A stretch of 64,000 bases of DNA from Opitutia bacterium (lineage in GTDB: Bacteria > Verrucomicrobiota > Verrucomicrobiia > Opitutales > Opitutaceae). The position numbers and the translations under genes are program-made. This document shows, one piece after another, positions 28,401-37,061 of this stretch. The notes beneath the pieces are model-generated. The model was not told where the DNA came from. It did not search any database and worked only from the letters and a program-made list of their open reading frames with translations. Position 1 is the stretch's first letter. Every line of letters starts with the position of its first letter. The DNA is taken from contig CANJVR010000007.1 in NCBI GenBank assembly GCA_947478395.1, positions 59,219 to 123,218 on the forward strand, in the 5' to 3' direction.

Positions 28401-31400
28401 CGTGGCGTGAGCGATGGTTTCGGGCGGGCCTTCCGCGACGATGCTTCCGCCGCCGGCTCCGGCTTCGGGGCCGACTTCGAGTATCCAGTCGGCCGATTTC
28501 AGGACGTCGAGATTGTGCTCGATCACGATCACGCTGTGACCGGCGTCGACCAGTGCGTGCAGCACGCCGAGCAGGCGTTTCACGTCGTGGCGGTGCAGGC
28601 CGGTGGTTGGTTCGTCGAGCAGCAGCAAAGCGCCCGTCGGAGGAACCAAAGCCGGTTTTGAGTTTTGGGTTTTGAGTTTTGGGTTTTCGGAATCGCGGCG
28701 TGAAGCCGGTCCTACAAGGTCAGAGCGGCTCAACTCAGAACTCGAAACTTCAAACTCGGAGCGCTCGGCGCCGAAGGCGCCGAGGTAGCGCACGAGTTTT
28801 AGGCGCTGCGATTCGCCGCCGCTGAGCGTGTTGAGCGGCTGGCCGAGGGTGAGGTAGCCAAGACCGACCCGGTCGAGAATGGCGAGGCGCTGACGGATGA
28901 GGGCGAGAGCGTTGGCGTGCGCCGTTGGTTTTGCGGCGGTTTTGCGGGGTGGAGGCACCCCGCCGACACGTTCCGAAGAGTCGGAAAAGAGGGGGAGGGC
29001 ATCGGTGACGCTCGTCGCCAGGAGGTCGGCGACGGAGCGATCGTTCCAGCGGATCGCCAGGACTTCGGGTTTGAAGCGCCGGCCTTCGCACACCGGACAC
29101 GGCACGAAGACATCGGAGAGAAACTGCATTTCCACGCGCTCGTAGCCAAGGCCCTGGCAGTGATCGCAGCGACCTTCACCGCTGTTGAAGGAAAAGCTCG
29201 AGGCATTGAAACCCGCGGCCTGCGCGGCGGGCGTGGCGGCGTAGAGTTCGCGAATCAGCTCCCAAGCCTCGGTGTAGAGCGCGGGATTGGAACGCGGAGT
29301 GCGCGAGAGTGGCGACTGGTCGACGAGCACAATTTCACTGAAAGCGAGATCGCTCGTGATCGACGCGATGGCCGCGGGATCGTCCGTGAGCTGGAGCCGC
29401 TGGGCGAGGAGGCCTTGGTGAATGACGTTGTCGAGGAGCGTGGATTTGCCGGACCCGGACACTCCGCTCAGGCAGACGAGGCGTTGTAACGGCACGCGAA
29501 ATGAAACGTGTTGCAGGTTGTGCTTGGTCGCGTCGGTGAACGTGAGCCAGGAAGTCGGTTTCGATTTTTCGGTTTTGAGTTTTGAGCTTCCGTCGACTGG
29601 GCGACGACTCGCGGGCGTGGGAATGGTTTGTCGCCCGGAGAAATACGCGCCGGTGATACTCTCGGCGGAATTGAGCAGTGCGGGGAGATCGCCTTGAAAT
29701 ACGACGTGGCCCCCGCGGGCGCCGGCTTCGGGACCGATTTCGATCACGTGATCAGCGGCGCGAATCATCGCTTCGTCGTGCTCGACCACGACGACCGTGT
29801 TACCGGTGTCGGTCAGCGTGCGGATGATGCCGATCAGCCGGTCGATGTCGCGCGGGTGCAGGCCGACACTCGGTTCATCGAGCACAAACAACGTGTCGAC
29901 GAGCGACGTGCCGAGACAACTGGTGAGGTTGACGCGCTGGACTTCGCCGCCGGAAAGGGTCTTCGACTGACGATCGAGCGTGAGGTAACCGAGTCCGACC
30001 TGCTGGAGGTAGCGCAGGCGCGTGACGATCGATTTGAGCGCCAGCGAATCGTCGCCCGACGGCGACGGTTTAGCGTCTTGGGTTTTGATTTTTGAGTTTT
30101 CGTCCGCGCGGTCGTGGGACGTGGGACGTTTTACGTCACAATCGGCGATCAGGGTGAGCAGTTCGTCGACGGGCAGTTGGTAAAGTTGGGGCAGGGTGCG
30201 GCCGCGCCACTGCCAGCAAAGGGACTCAGGCTGGAGGCGCTGGCCGCCGCAGGCGGAACAGGGATTGTAGGTGCGGTAGCGGGAGAGAAAAACCCGCACG
30301 TGCATTTTGTACGTCGTCTTCTCTAGCCAACGAAAAAAGCCTTTCACCCCGTACCAATACTGGGGCCACGTCTTGTTGTTCTCGTCGCCGTAACCGGGCT
30401 CGCCATCGATGATGAACGCCTTTTGTTCCGCGGTGAGCGAAGCGAAGGGGACGTCGGTCGGGATTTTCCGTTTGCGCGCGAAGACCCGGAGGTCGTCCAA
30501 GGATGCCTTGTACACTTCGCCTTCCCAGCATTTGAGCGCACCATCGTCGATGGAGAGCGACTGGTCGGGCAGGGCGAGGCGGTAATCGATTTCGATCACC
30601 CGGCCAAAGCCGCGGCACAACGGGCAGGCGCCCAGGGGTGAGTTAAAGGAAAACAGCGCCGGTGTGGCCGCGCGGAAGGTCCGGCCCGTCTTGGGTGACT
30701 GCAGTCCGCGGGAAAAGTGTCCCACGGGCTGAAGGGTATCGGCGGAAAAAAGGTGAACCTCGCCCTTGCCGAAATGGAGCGCGGCCTCGACGGCTTCGAG
30801 GAAGCGTGGGCGGCTAGCTGGCTCGATGGCGACGCGATCCTGCGCGACGAAAAGAAACGGGGATGACGCGAGGGCGGAATCCGCGCTAGCCGCGAGCAGC
30901 TCGTCGATGCGGGACAGGCGACCAGACGTGGCGGGCGTATCGGGCACGAGCACGCGGACGTACGATTGATTTTTTAAGCTCGTGAGGATTTCCGTCCACG
31001 TGAGGTTCGCGGGCTTTTCCACGCGGAAGGCGACGATGGCGGACAACGCTGGGTGTGTGGCGGAGACTTTGGTCCAGATCGTTGGCGGATTGTCGTCTTC
31101 GACGGGCTCGCCGGTGGCGGGGTCGTAGCATTTCGCCACTTGGCTGAACCAGACTTTAAAGAAGTCGGTGAGCTCCGTCATCGTGCCCACGGTCGACCGC
31201 GATGTTTTGACCGTGTTGGTTTGCTCGATGGCGATCGAGGGGCGGATGTTTTCGATCGAATCGACCTTGGGTTTGTCGAGGAGGTCGAGAAATTGGCGGG
31301 TATAGGCGCTGAACGTTTCGACGTAGCGGCGCTGGCCCTCGGCGTGTAGCGTGTCGAAAACGAGCGAGGATTTGCCCGCGCCACTCAGGCCGGTGACAAC

Positions 31401-31514
31401 GACATATTGGCCGAGCGGAAGATCGAGATCGAAGCCCTTGAGATTATTCTGACGGACCCCACGCAGGCGGATGCACTCGGGCGCGGGTAGGGAAGCGGGA
31501 ACATTTTTAGCCAC
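25488..31514 (-). CDS. uvrA: Excinuclease ABC subunit A, double-length (four ABC ATPase sites), with repeat-derived insertions
   Basis: Four Walker A motifs (GLSGAGKS, GVSGSGKS x2, GPSGAGKS), four LSGGE, several CxxC zinc fingers, FSFNS motifs. Confidence 0.96.
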   Translation of the reverse strand: MAKNVPASLPAPECIRLRGVRQNNLKGFDLDLPLGQYVVVTGLSGAGKSSLVFDTLHAEGQRRYVETFSAYTRQFLDLLDKPKVDSIENIRPSIAIEQTNTVKTSRSTVGTMTELTDFFKVWFSQVAKCYDPATGEPVEDDNPPTIWTKVSATHPALSAIVAFRVEKPANLTWTEILTSLKNQSYVRVLVPDTPATSGRLSRIDELLAASADSALASSPFLFVAQDRVAIEPASRPRFLEAVEAALHFGKGEVHLFSADTLQPVGHFSRGLQSPKTGRTFRAATPALFSFNSPLGACPLCRGFGRVIEIDYRLALPDQSLSIDDGALKCWEGEVYKASLDDLRVFARKRKIPTDVPFASLTAEQKAFIIDGEPGYGDENNKTWPQYWYGVKGFFRWLEKTTYKMHVRVFLSRYRTYNPCSACGGQRLQPESLCWQWRGRTLPQLYQLPVDELLTLIADCDVKRPTSHDRADENSKIKTQDAKPSPSGDDSLALKSIVTRLRYLQQVGLGYLTLDRQSKTLSGGEVQRVNLTSCLGTSLVDTLFVLDEPSVGLHPRDIDRLIGIIRTLTDTGNTVVVVEHDEAMIRAADHVIEIGPEAGARGGHVVFQGDLPALLNSAESITGAYFSGRQTIPTPASRRPVDGSSKLKTEKSKPTSWLTFTDATKHNLQHVSFRVPLQRLVCLSGVSGSGKSTLLDNVIHQGLLAQRLQLTDDPAAIASITSDLAFSEIVLVDQSPLSRTPRSNPALYTEAWELIRELYAATPAAQAAGFNASSFSFNSGEGRCDHCQGLGYERVEMQFLSDVFVPCPVCEGRRFKPEVLAIRWNDRSVADLLATSVTDALPLFSDSSERVGGVPPPRKTAAKPTAHANALALIRQRLAILDRVGLGYLTLGQPLNTLSGGESQRLKLVRYLGAFGAERSEFEVSSSELSRSDLVGPASRRDSENPKLKTQNSKPALVPPTGALLLLDEPTTGLHRHDVKRLLGVLHALVDAGHSVIVIEHNLDVLKSADWILEVGPEAGAGGGSIVAEGPPETIAHATTATSPFLRAVLGPAKGSSEFGFPSFELLAAEEAAAYNSKPKTRNPKPFFSQQLRIVGARENNLKNLSLSIPLRQLSVVTGVSGSGKSTLAFDIVFAEGQRRFMESMSPYARQFVEQLPRPAVDLLTGIPPTVAIEQRVTRGSRKSTVATITEVAQYLRLLYARLGVQHHPDSDKPVTPLSAGALKKLVAGVLATPKAKKAKHLYLCAPLIRGRKGHHQPIATWIANQGYELMRADGRLTRVDAFQKLDRYKEHDIEVVVADLKHPKTETQNSKLDPDHLAAALRLGHGSCFLLTPQGEILSWFSTTRTDIDTGESFPELDPKHFSFNSPRGWCPTCRGHGQIFSWMLEPDEAEENADPLAKLRAFGIDSADDVADEGQPCPDCHGERLNRIARAVKLHFRAKPKSKTKNSKPESPSALSLPALLRATPAELIAHLGALELDARGKLITQDIVPQIAERLKFLSHVGLGYLSLDRPTDTLSGGEAQRIRLAAQLGTNLAGVLYVLDEPSIGLHARDNERLIATLETLRDKGNTLLVVEHDDELMARADRIIDLGPAAGIHGGELLAEGTPAEIKANARSLTGIFLARGIVHPFRGAYRPLPAAREKSAWLNLTSVRFRNLKGFDLHLPLGRLIMVSGPSGAGKSTLFRDVLHPAVTQAIKAKLKKMTGRGFVKATGFSESNPHPTASGAPPFAELSNAQGFKQVVEVDQSPIGKTPRSTPATYLGIFDLIRQFFAALPEAKIRGFTAARFSFNTSGGRCPTCEGAGRIKLEMAFMPNTYLPCDDCRGLRYSADLADITWKGKSVGQVLQLTFEEAAGFFDFHSQLSQVCQLMVDCGLGYLTLGQSSPTLSGGEAQRLKLVTELSTGLASYRERSRGEKPRNLYLLEEPTIGLHLSDCEKLIRVLHSLVDQGHTVVVIEHHLDLLAEADYIVELGPVGGPDGGELLYQGELAGLLKVKHSPTAPYLRTRLKH
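28261..28352. repeat. Inverted heptamer arrays forming a palindrome inside uvrA
   Basis: (GGTTTYG)4-AGTT ... AACT-(CGAAACT-like)4; perfect GTTTCGAGTT/AACTCGAAAC arms and an inner GGCAGC/GCTGCC stem. Confidence 0.8.
28654..28757. repeat. Inverted heptamer arrays enclosing a GTAG REP-like unit inside uvrA
   Basis: (RGTTTTG)x5 at 28654-28688; minus-strand GTAGGACCGGCTTCACGCCG at 28696-28715; inverted heptamers at 28731-28757. Confidence 0.8.
28944..28967 (-). repeat. Single REP unit (family B) in frame within uvrA
   Basis: Minus-strand GTCGGCGGGGTGCCTCCACCCCGC resembles both arms of the intergenic doublet at 1676-1745; encodes VGGVPPPR. Confidence 0.7.
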
Positions 31515-31574
31515 GGGGCGACACGGATGGACCGGGATGCAGCAGATGCAAATCTGGAATGCGCGCCGCTTCGG

Positions 31575-32342
31575 CTACTTTCCTGCGAGAGTCAGCTGCG
31601 CGCCGGCGGCGTTGATTGCGCGGGCGACGGCGGGCGTCGGCCGCGTTTCAGTTACGATCGTGAACCGTGGGTCGAAGGGCGTCGTGAGATTGAGGGCTTT
31701 GCGCCCGAACTTGGAATTATCCAGGGCGAAGATCGTGCGCTCGGCCGCGGCGATCATCTTGCGCTGCGCGGCGACGATCAGGGCGTTGTGGTTCCAGATG
31801 CCATTTTCCGTGATGCCGGCGCCGCCGAGAATCGCGAGGTCGGCGTGCGCTTGCTCGAAGGACTGCTCACACAAGGGACCGACGAGCACGCCCAGTCGGC
31901 TGTAAATGCTGCCGCCGGTGACGATCGTTTCGACGCTGCCGATTTCGCCGAAGAGCGAGGCGATCGGGAGCGAGTTGGTGATAACCTGGAGGTGCTTGTC
32001 GGCGAGGAGTCGCGCGACCGCGTAGGTCGTGCTGCCGCCGTCGAGAATGACGGTCATGCCCGGTTGAACCTGCTCCGCGACGAGGCGGGCGATCGTGAAT
32101 TTCTCCTCGGGGTGGCGCTGGTTGCGGGAGATGAAATCGTATTCCTGGGCGAACGCATCGGTGTCCACGAGCGACGCACCGCCGTGGTGGCGGCGGACAA
32201 CACCGCGAAGTTCGAGGGCATCGAGGGCGCGGCGCACGGTGGACAATGAAGCGTCGAAACGCACGGCGAGCGTGTGCAAGTCCGCGTACTTGTGTTCACG
32301 GAGATGGTGCTCGATCGAATCGGTGCGTTGTTGATTGGTCAT
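31575..32342 (-). CDS. DeoR/GlpR family transcriptional regulator
   Basis: HTH 'SLSTVRRALDALE', HGGA, ILDGGSTT, VITNSL, DNSKFG; start at ATG 32342. Confidence 0.92.
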   Translation of the reverse strand: MTNQQRTDSIEHHLREHKYADLHTLAVRFDASLSTVRRALDALELRGVVRRHHGGASLVDTDAFAQEYDFISRNQRHPEEKFTIARLVAEQVQPGMTVILDGGSTTYAVARLLADKHLQVITNSLPIASLFGEIGSVETIVTGGSIYSRLGVLVGPLCEQSFEQAHADLAILGGAGITENGIWNHNALIVAAQRKMIAAAERTIFALDNSKFGRKALNLTTPFDPRFTIVTETRPTPAVARAINAAGAQLTLAGK

Positions 32343-32401
32343 CGGCTGGACAAACGAAAGCGGGATTGAAGCGCGAGGAACACGGGGGACGCGACTGAGT
32401 T

Positions 32402-33511
32402 TTACGGCGCCGCTGTCCGGAGTTGTTCGAAGAGTTCGAGGTAGGCGGTGACTTGGCGGGCGGCGTCGAAGGTCGAGCGGGCGTAGGCTCGCGCCGCGGC
32501 GCTCCTTCGTGCGCGTTCCTCCGCTGAGGCGGTAAACAACGGGATGAGCGCGGAATGAAAGTCGGCGCGGTTCCCCGACGGTATCGCCCAGCCGGTTTGC
32601 CCGGGAATGAAACACTCGTCCACGCCTTGGGCGGCGTAGGCGACGGCCGGCAGACCGTGCGCCTGGGCCTCGATGAGAAAGTTGGAAAGCGATTCGCTGG
32701 TGGAGGCATGGACCGCGACGTCGGCCGCGGCGTAGAGCGGGGCGGGATCGCGTTGAAAATTCAGGAAGCGGACGCGTCCGCCGAGCTTCAGCGAGGCTGC
32801 GAGGCGCACGCAGGCCATGCGCTCGGGCCCATCACCCGCGAGCCAGAGCTGCCAGGCCGGTGCAGTGGGCAGGGAGGCGGCGAGGGCAATGAGTTCGCGC
32901 TGGTTTTTCTCCGGACGAAACATCGCGACGTTGACGAGCACGGTGGTGGCATCGGTTGCTTGGTAGCTCGCGCGCAGCGCGCCCGCGACGGCACTGCGCT
33001 CGGAGGTCGCTCTGCCGGTTGGGTCGGCGGGGAAGACCAGCGAGTTGTGAATCACGTCGATTTTTTCCGCGGCGATGCGATGCGCGGCGACCAGGTGGGC
33101 TCGCGCGGCGTGGCTGTTGGCCACGACGTGGGTGACGCGCTGCAGCGAGCGGCGGAAAAGCCAGGGGAGATTTTTCCCGGTTCGCATCGTGGCGACGACG
33201 GCTGCGCGCGGGACAGCGCGTTGGAGCGAGCCCGCGTAGCAGTTGGCCATGCGACCCATGCAGAGAATGATGTCGGGCGCGGCTTGGCGGGCCGCGGAGA
33301 TGAGCCCCGGGGCGAACCAGTCCAGGTGAATATCGAAGGGCTGGAGCGCGCGCGGTGCGAGATCAGCCGCCGTGGAGGCGAGCGCGCCGCCAGGACGGAA
33401 CGTAAGCAGATGGGCCTCGTGGCCCGCGGCGCGAAACGCCCGGGCGAGGAGGATCGACTGACGCTCGGTGCCGCCGCTGCGGAGGCGATCCTGCACGACA
33501 AGAATTTTCAT
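32402..33511 (-). CDS. GT4 (GT-B) glycosyltransferase
   Basis: GGTERQ, VVANS, FRPEKN, ESLSNFLIEAQAHGLP (EX7E). Confidence 0.9.
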   Translation of the reverse strand: MKILVVQDRLRSGGTERQSILLARAFRAAGHEAHLLTFRPGGALASTAADLAPRALQPFDIHLDWFAPGLISAARQAAPDIILCMGRMANCYAGSLQRAVPRAAVVATMRTGKNLPWLFRRSLQRVTHVVANSHAARAHLVAAHRIAAEKIDVIHNSLVFPADPTGRATSERSAVAGALRASYQATDATTVLVNVAMFRPEKNQRELIALAASLPTAPAWQLWLAGDGPERMACVRLAASLKLGGRVRFLNFQRDPAPLYAAADVAVHASTSESLSNFLIEAQAHGLPAVAYAAQGVDECFIPGQTGWAIPSGNRADFHSALIPLFTASAEERARRSAAARAYARSTFDAARQVTAYLELFEQLRTAAP

Positions 33512-33549
33512 TGCGGGGTATCCCGGCTCTCGGAGGATGACGTCATCGG

Positions 33550-33969
33550 ATGAACGCTTCGCTTTCTCAACTGCTACTGCGTTGGCTGGTCCTCGCGATC
33601 GGTGTGACGCTCGCGACCAAGCTGGGCATTGGCATTCGATGCGATGACGGCGCGACCTTGGTGGTCGTCGTGCTGCTCCTCAGTTTTTTCAACGCGATCC
33701 TGAAGCCGTTGCTGGTGCTGTTCACGCTGCCGTTCATCCTCGTGACCTTGGGCCTTGGTATTGTGGTAATCAATGCCTTGTTATTTCTGCTGGTGGGTCA
33801 CCTCGTCGAAGGCTTCCACGTTGCCAGTTTTTGGTCGGCCGTCGGTGGCGCGCTGGTCGTGAGCGTGACCAATATGGTGCTGAGTGCTGTGACGCGCGGG
33901 CCGCGTCCGCCCCGTCCTCCGTCCAGCCGGCCGCCGGCCGCGAAGCGGGATGACGTGATCGATATCTAG
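33550..33969 (+). CDS. YvlD / 4-TM phage-holin-superfamily membrane protein
   Basis: NAILKPLLVLFTLPFILVTLGL, FHVASFWSA. Confidence 0.85.
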   Translation: MNASLSQLLLRWLVLAIGVTLATKLGIGIRCDDGATLVVVVLLLSFFNAILKPLLVLFTLPFILVTLGLGIVVINALLFLLVGHLVEGFHVASFWSAVGGALVVSVTNMVLSAVTRGPRPPRPPSSRPPAAKRDDVIDI

Positions 33970-34066
33970 CGCCGCCCAGCGCGCCGCAGTATTGGGTTTC
34001 GGGTTGGATCTTTCGCTCTCCGTAATTTCCGTTTGACGGTTTTGCCGCGCCCGCGACGGTGGGAGG

Positions 34067-35473
34067 ATGGCAGACAACACGGAATACGATCTCATCGTCA
34101 TTGGCGGCGGACCAGCGGGCTACGCGGGCGCCATTAGGGCCGGACAGCTCGGCAAAAAGGTCGCTTGCATCGAACTCGAGCGCGCGGGCGGCACGTGTTT
34201 GAACTGGGGTTGTATTCCCACGAAAGCGCTCCTCAAGAGCGCGGAATTTTACCGGTCGCTCTCAAAGGCGGAGTCGTTCGGCATCACGGTAAAGGACCCT
34301 AGCTTCGATTTCGCCAAGGTCATGGATCGTTCGCGCGGCGTCGCGGGCACGATGGCCAAAGGCGTCGAATTTCTCTTCCGCAAAAACAAGGTCGATTACT
34401 TCGTCGGCCGCGCTCAGGTGATCGCTGCGGGCATGGTTGAAATCACCGAGGGCGAACACAAAGGGAAGTTCTTCAAAACGAAAAACGTTCTCCTCGCCAC
34501 AGGCTGCAAGCCACGCCGGCTGCCAAACATTCCAGTCGACGGCCAGCGCGTGATGACCTCCCGCGAAGCCCTCGAGCCGCGCAAGCAGCCCCCGAAATCG
34601 ATCGTGATCATCGGCGCCGGCGCGATCGGCGTGGAGTTTGCCTATTTTTTCAACGCCTTCGGATCAAAGGTGACGCTCGTCGAGATGCTGCCGCAAGTCG
34701 TGCCGGTCGAAGACGAGGACGTGGCGAAAGCGCTCCAGCGCTCGTTCGAGAAGCAGGGCATCACGGTGCACGTGAACACCAAGGTCGAAAACGTCCGCGT
34801 GGGCGCCGCCAAGGTTGAGCTCTCCCTCGTGAAAAACGGCGAAAGCAATTCCACCGAGGTCGAAGCCGAGACGCTGCTCATCGCGATCGGTGTGACCCCG
34901 AATCTCGAAGGCGCGCTGTCGGCCCAGGTAAAATGCGAACTCGAGCGCGGGTATCTCAAGGTGGACGACAATTACGAGACGAGCGTGAAGGGCATCTACG
35001 GCGCCGGCGACATTATCGGCCCGCCGTGGCTCGCGCACGTCGCGACCTACGAAGCCGTCAATGCCGTCAGCGGCATGTTCGGTCACCACAACGCGGGCCG
35101 CGTGAAGATTTTCCCGGGCGCGACCTATTGCCAGCCGCAGATCGCGAGCACGGGACTCACGGAAAAGGCGGCGAAGGAAAAGGGTCTGAGCTACAAATTG
35201 GGCAAATTTCCGTTCACGGCTTCGGGCAAAGCGGTCGCGTCCGGCGATTCCGAGGGTTTCGTGAAAGTCATCAGCGACGCGAATACGGGTGAGATTTACG
35301 GCGTACACATTCTCGGTAACGAGGCGCCGGAACTCATCGCCGAATACGTGCTCGCGATGAACATGGAGGCTTCGGTCGACGAAGTGCACCGTTCGATCCA
35401 CGCGCATCCGACGCTGAGCGAGGCCTTGATGGAGGCCGCCGCGGCGACGATGGGTGAGGCGATCCACATCTAA
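34067..35473 (+). CDS. lpdA: Dihydrolipoyl dehydrogenase
   Basis: GGGPAGY, GGTCLNWGCIPTK, GAGAIGVE, HAHPTLSE. Confidence 0.96.
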   Translation: MADNTEYDLIVIGGGPAGYAGAIRAGQLGKKVACIELERAGGTCLNWGCIPTKALLKSAEFYRSLSKAESFGITVKDPSFDFAKVMDRSRGVAGTMAKGVEFLFRKNKVDYFVGRAQVIAAGMVEITEGEHKGKFFKTKNVLLATGCKPRRLPNIPVDGQRVMTSREALEPRKQPPKSIVIIGAGAIGVEFAYFFNAFGSKVTLVEMLPQVVPVEDEDVAKALQRSFEKQGITVHVNTKVENVRVGAAKVELSLVKNGESNSTEVEAETLLIAIGVTPNLEGALSAQVKCELERGYLKVDDNYETSVKGIYGAGDIIGPPWLAHVATYEAVNAVSGMFGHHNAGRVKIFPGATYCQPQIASTGLTEKAAKEKGLSYKLGKFPFTASGKAVASGDSEGFVKVISDANTGEIYGVHILGNEAPELIAEYVLAMNMEASVDEVHRSIHAHPTLSEALMEAAAATMGEAIHI

Positions 35474-35481
35474 TATTTATA

Positions 35482-35575
35482 AGGTAGGGCCCGTTTTCCC
35501 TAGCGCACCGGTTCGGCGTCGCCTGTTGGGTGAGCCGAAGTCGCAGCGGCGGGTTAGCGATAACCCGCCCTACCT
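35482..35575. repeat. GTAG-type REP doublet / REPIN, family A copy 2 (inverted relative to copy 1)
   Basis: Reverse complement aligns along the whole of 15236-15327, including the spacer GCTGCGAC..CGGCTCAC. Confidence 0.85.
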
Positions 35576-35629
35576 CGGACGATGTGCATCCAAGCTCGTC
35601 TCGGCCCGCGAGCAGTTTATCTCTGCGCC

Positions 35630-36871
35630 ATGATTTCACTCCGCCCCCTCTCGCTGGGATTGAAACCGCGTTACGTCGTTTCGATTCTCGGTTGGCTCGC
35701 TTCGATACTTTGCGTCCGAGCCGCGGAGCCTGTTCCCGCGCCGCCATCGACGCGGTCACCGGAGGTCGCGGCCGATCCCATCCGCGTCATGGTCGCTCAG
35801 CTCGATCTGGAAAAATACAAGGCGACGATTAAGGCGCTGACCCAATTCGGCGACCGCCGGCAGGGCACTGATCGGAATCGCGCGGCGACCGACTGGATTG
35901 AGGCGCAGTTGAAAAGCTACGGTTACGCGACCGAACGGCTCGTTTATGATTTTTTTCCCGCCGATCCGCGCCGTCCGAGCGGCCCTGCCGTCGCGGCGGG
36001 CATGGCGCAAGGCGGTGGACGCATTCGCGGCCAGATCGCGCCGACCGGAGTTAACGTGGATCCGCTGAAGCAGCCCGACGCAAAATTACGGGCTTTGAAC
36101 GAACAGCCGGCCGGGATCGGTCGGCGCGAGGAAGTTTACTGCACCAAAGTCGGCACCACGCATCCCGAGGAAATGTACATCATCGGTGCGCACATGGACG
36201 GTCACGGCTGGGGCGAGGCGGCCAACGACGACGGCTCCGGCACGGCGATCGTGATGGAAATCGCGCGCATCCTGGCGGCGCCGGACGTGAAGACGGAACG
36301 CTCGATTCGATTTGTGCTCTGGAACAACGAAGAGACCGGCTTGAACGGGGCGTACGCCTATGTGGCGCAGCGCGCGGCGTTGCAGGGAAAGGAAGATCCG
36401 GTGGGCTCCGGCCAATATCCCGAGCCGAAATGGCTCGGGATGATTCAGCACGACATGATGCTGTTCGATCACGGCGCACCGCGGGCGGATGGCACGATGA
36501 ATCCGGAGCAGCGGCCGGAGGCGGACGTGAACATTGAATTTCAATCCAGCGCGAAATTCGCCGGCGACGCGCAGAAACTCGCCTGGTTCTTCGCGACCTC
36601 GAATGAGAAGTACGCCACCGATTATCCCGCCGCGGTCGGCCAGCACATGACGAACACCGACAGCACGCCGTTTATGGACCACGTCGCGGCGATCAGTCTG
36701 CGTGAAAACGAACGCGGCGCGCAGATCGGCGCCGGCTGGGATCCGCACTGGCATCAGCCGACTGACGTCTACTCGACCTTTAGCGACAAAGATTTTCGCC
36801 TGGGCCTGAACGCGGCTCAGACGACGCTCGGCGCGGTGGCCACGCTGGCGGGTGCGACCCTGAAGAAATAA
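35630..36871 (+). CDS. M28 family metallopeptidase, exported
   Basis: GAHMD, ANDDGSG, NEETGL, HDM, NTDS, HWHQPTD; N-terminal signal-like segment. Confidence 0.85.
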   Translation: MISLRPLSLGLKPRYVVSILGWLASILCVRAAEPVPAPPSTRSPEVAADPIRVMVAQLDLEKYKATIKALTQFGDRRQGTDRNRAATDWIEAQLKSYGYATERLVYDFFPADPRRPSGPAVAAGMAQGGGRIRGQIAPTGVNVDPLKQPDAKLRALNEQPAGIGRREEVYCTKVGTTHPEEMYIIGAHMDGHGWGEAANDDGSGTAIVMEIARILAAPDVKTERSIRFVLWNNEETGLNGAYAYVAQRAALQGKEDPVGSGQYPEPKWLGMIQHDMMLFDHGAPRADGTMNPEQRPEADVNIEFQSSAKFAGDAQKLAWFFATSNEKYATDYPAAVGQHMTNTDSTPFMDHVAAISLRENERGAQIGAGWDPHWHQPTDVYSTFSDKDFRLGLNAAQTTLGAVATLAGATLKK

Positions 36872-36977
36872 GGCGGCACTTCCCGAAGTAGCGTGAGTCC
36901 CGCCCGAGCGGAACCGCGTTCGGGAATGCAGGGCGCGGGCTGGAAGCCGTTTAATCACAAGATCAGCCCGGATCGAG

Positions 36978-37047
36978 GTAGCGGCAGGCGTCCCTGCCTG
37001 CCGCCATGAGGCCGCCAAACCCGGCAGGCAGGGACGCCTGCCGCTAC
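36978..37047. repeat. GTAG-type REP doublet, family C
   Basis: Perfect 26-bp inverted repeat GTAGCGGCAGGCGTCCCTGCCTGCCG with an 18-nt spacer, between convergent genes. Confidence 0.9.
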
Positions 37048-37061
37048 ACAAAGCTGCCCCG

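Noticed and set aside
25488..31514. Double-length UvrA as a novelty in itself, or as intein-containing
   Set aside because: Tandem-fused UvrA is known in PVC bacteria. The insertions are short and lack intein terminal motifs.
33550..33969. Holin-family gene as evidence of a prophage
   Set aside because: YvlD-type proteins are common chromosomal genes, and there are no phage genes nearby.
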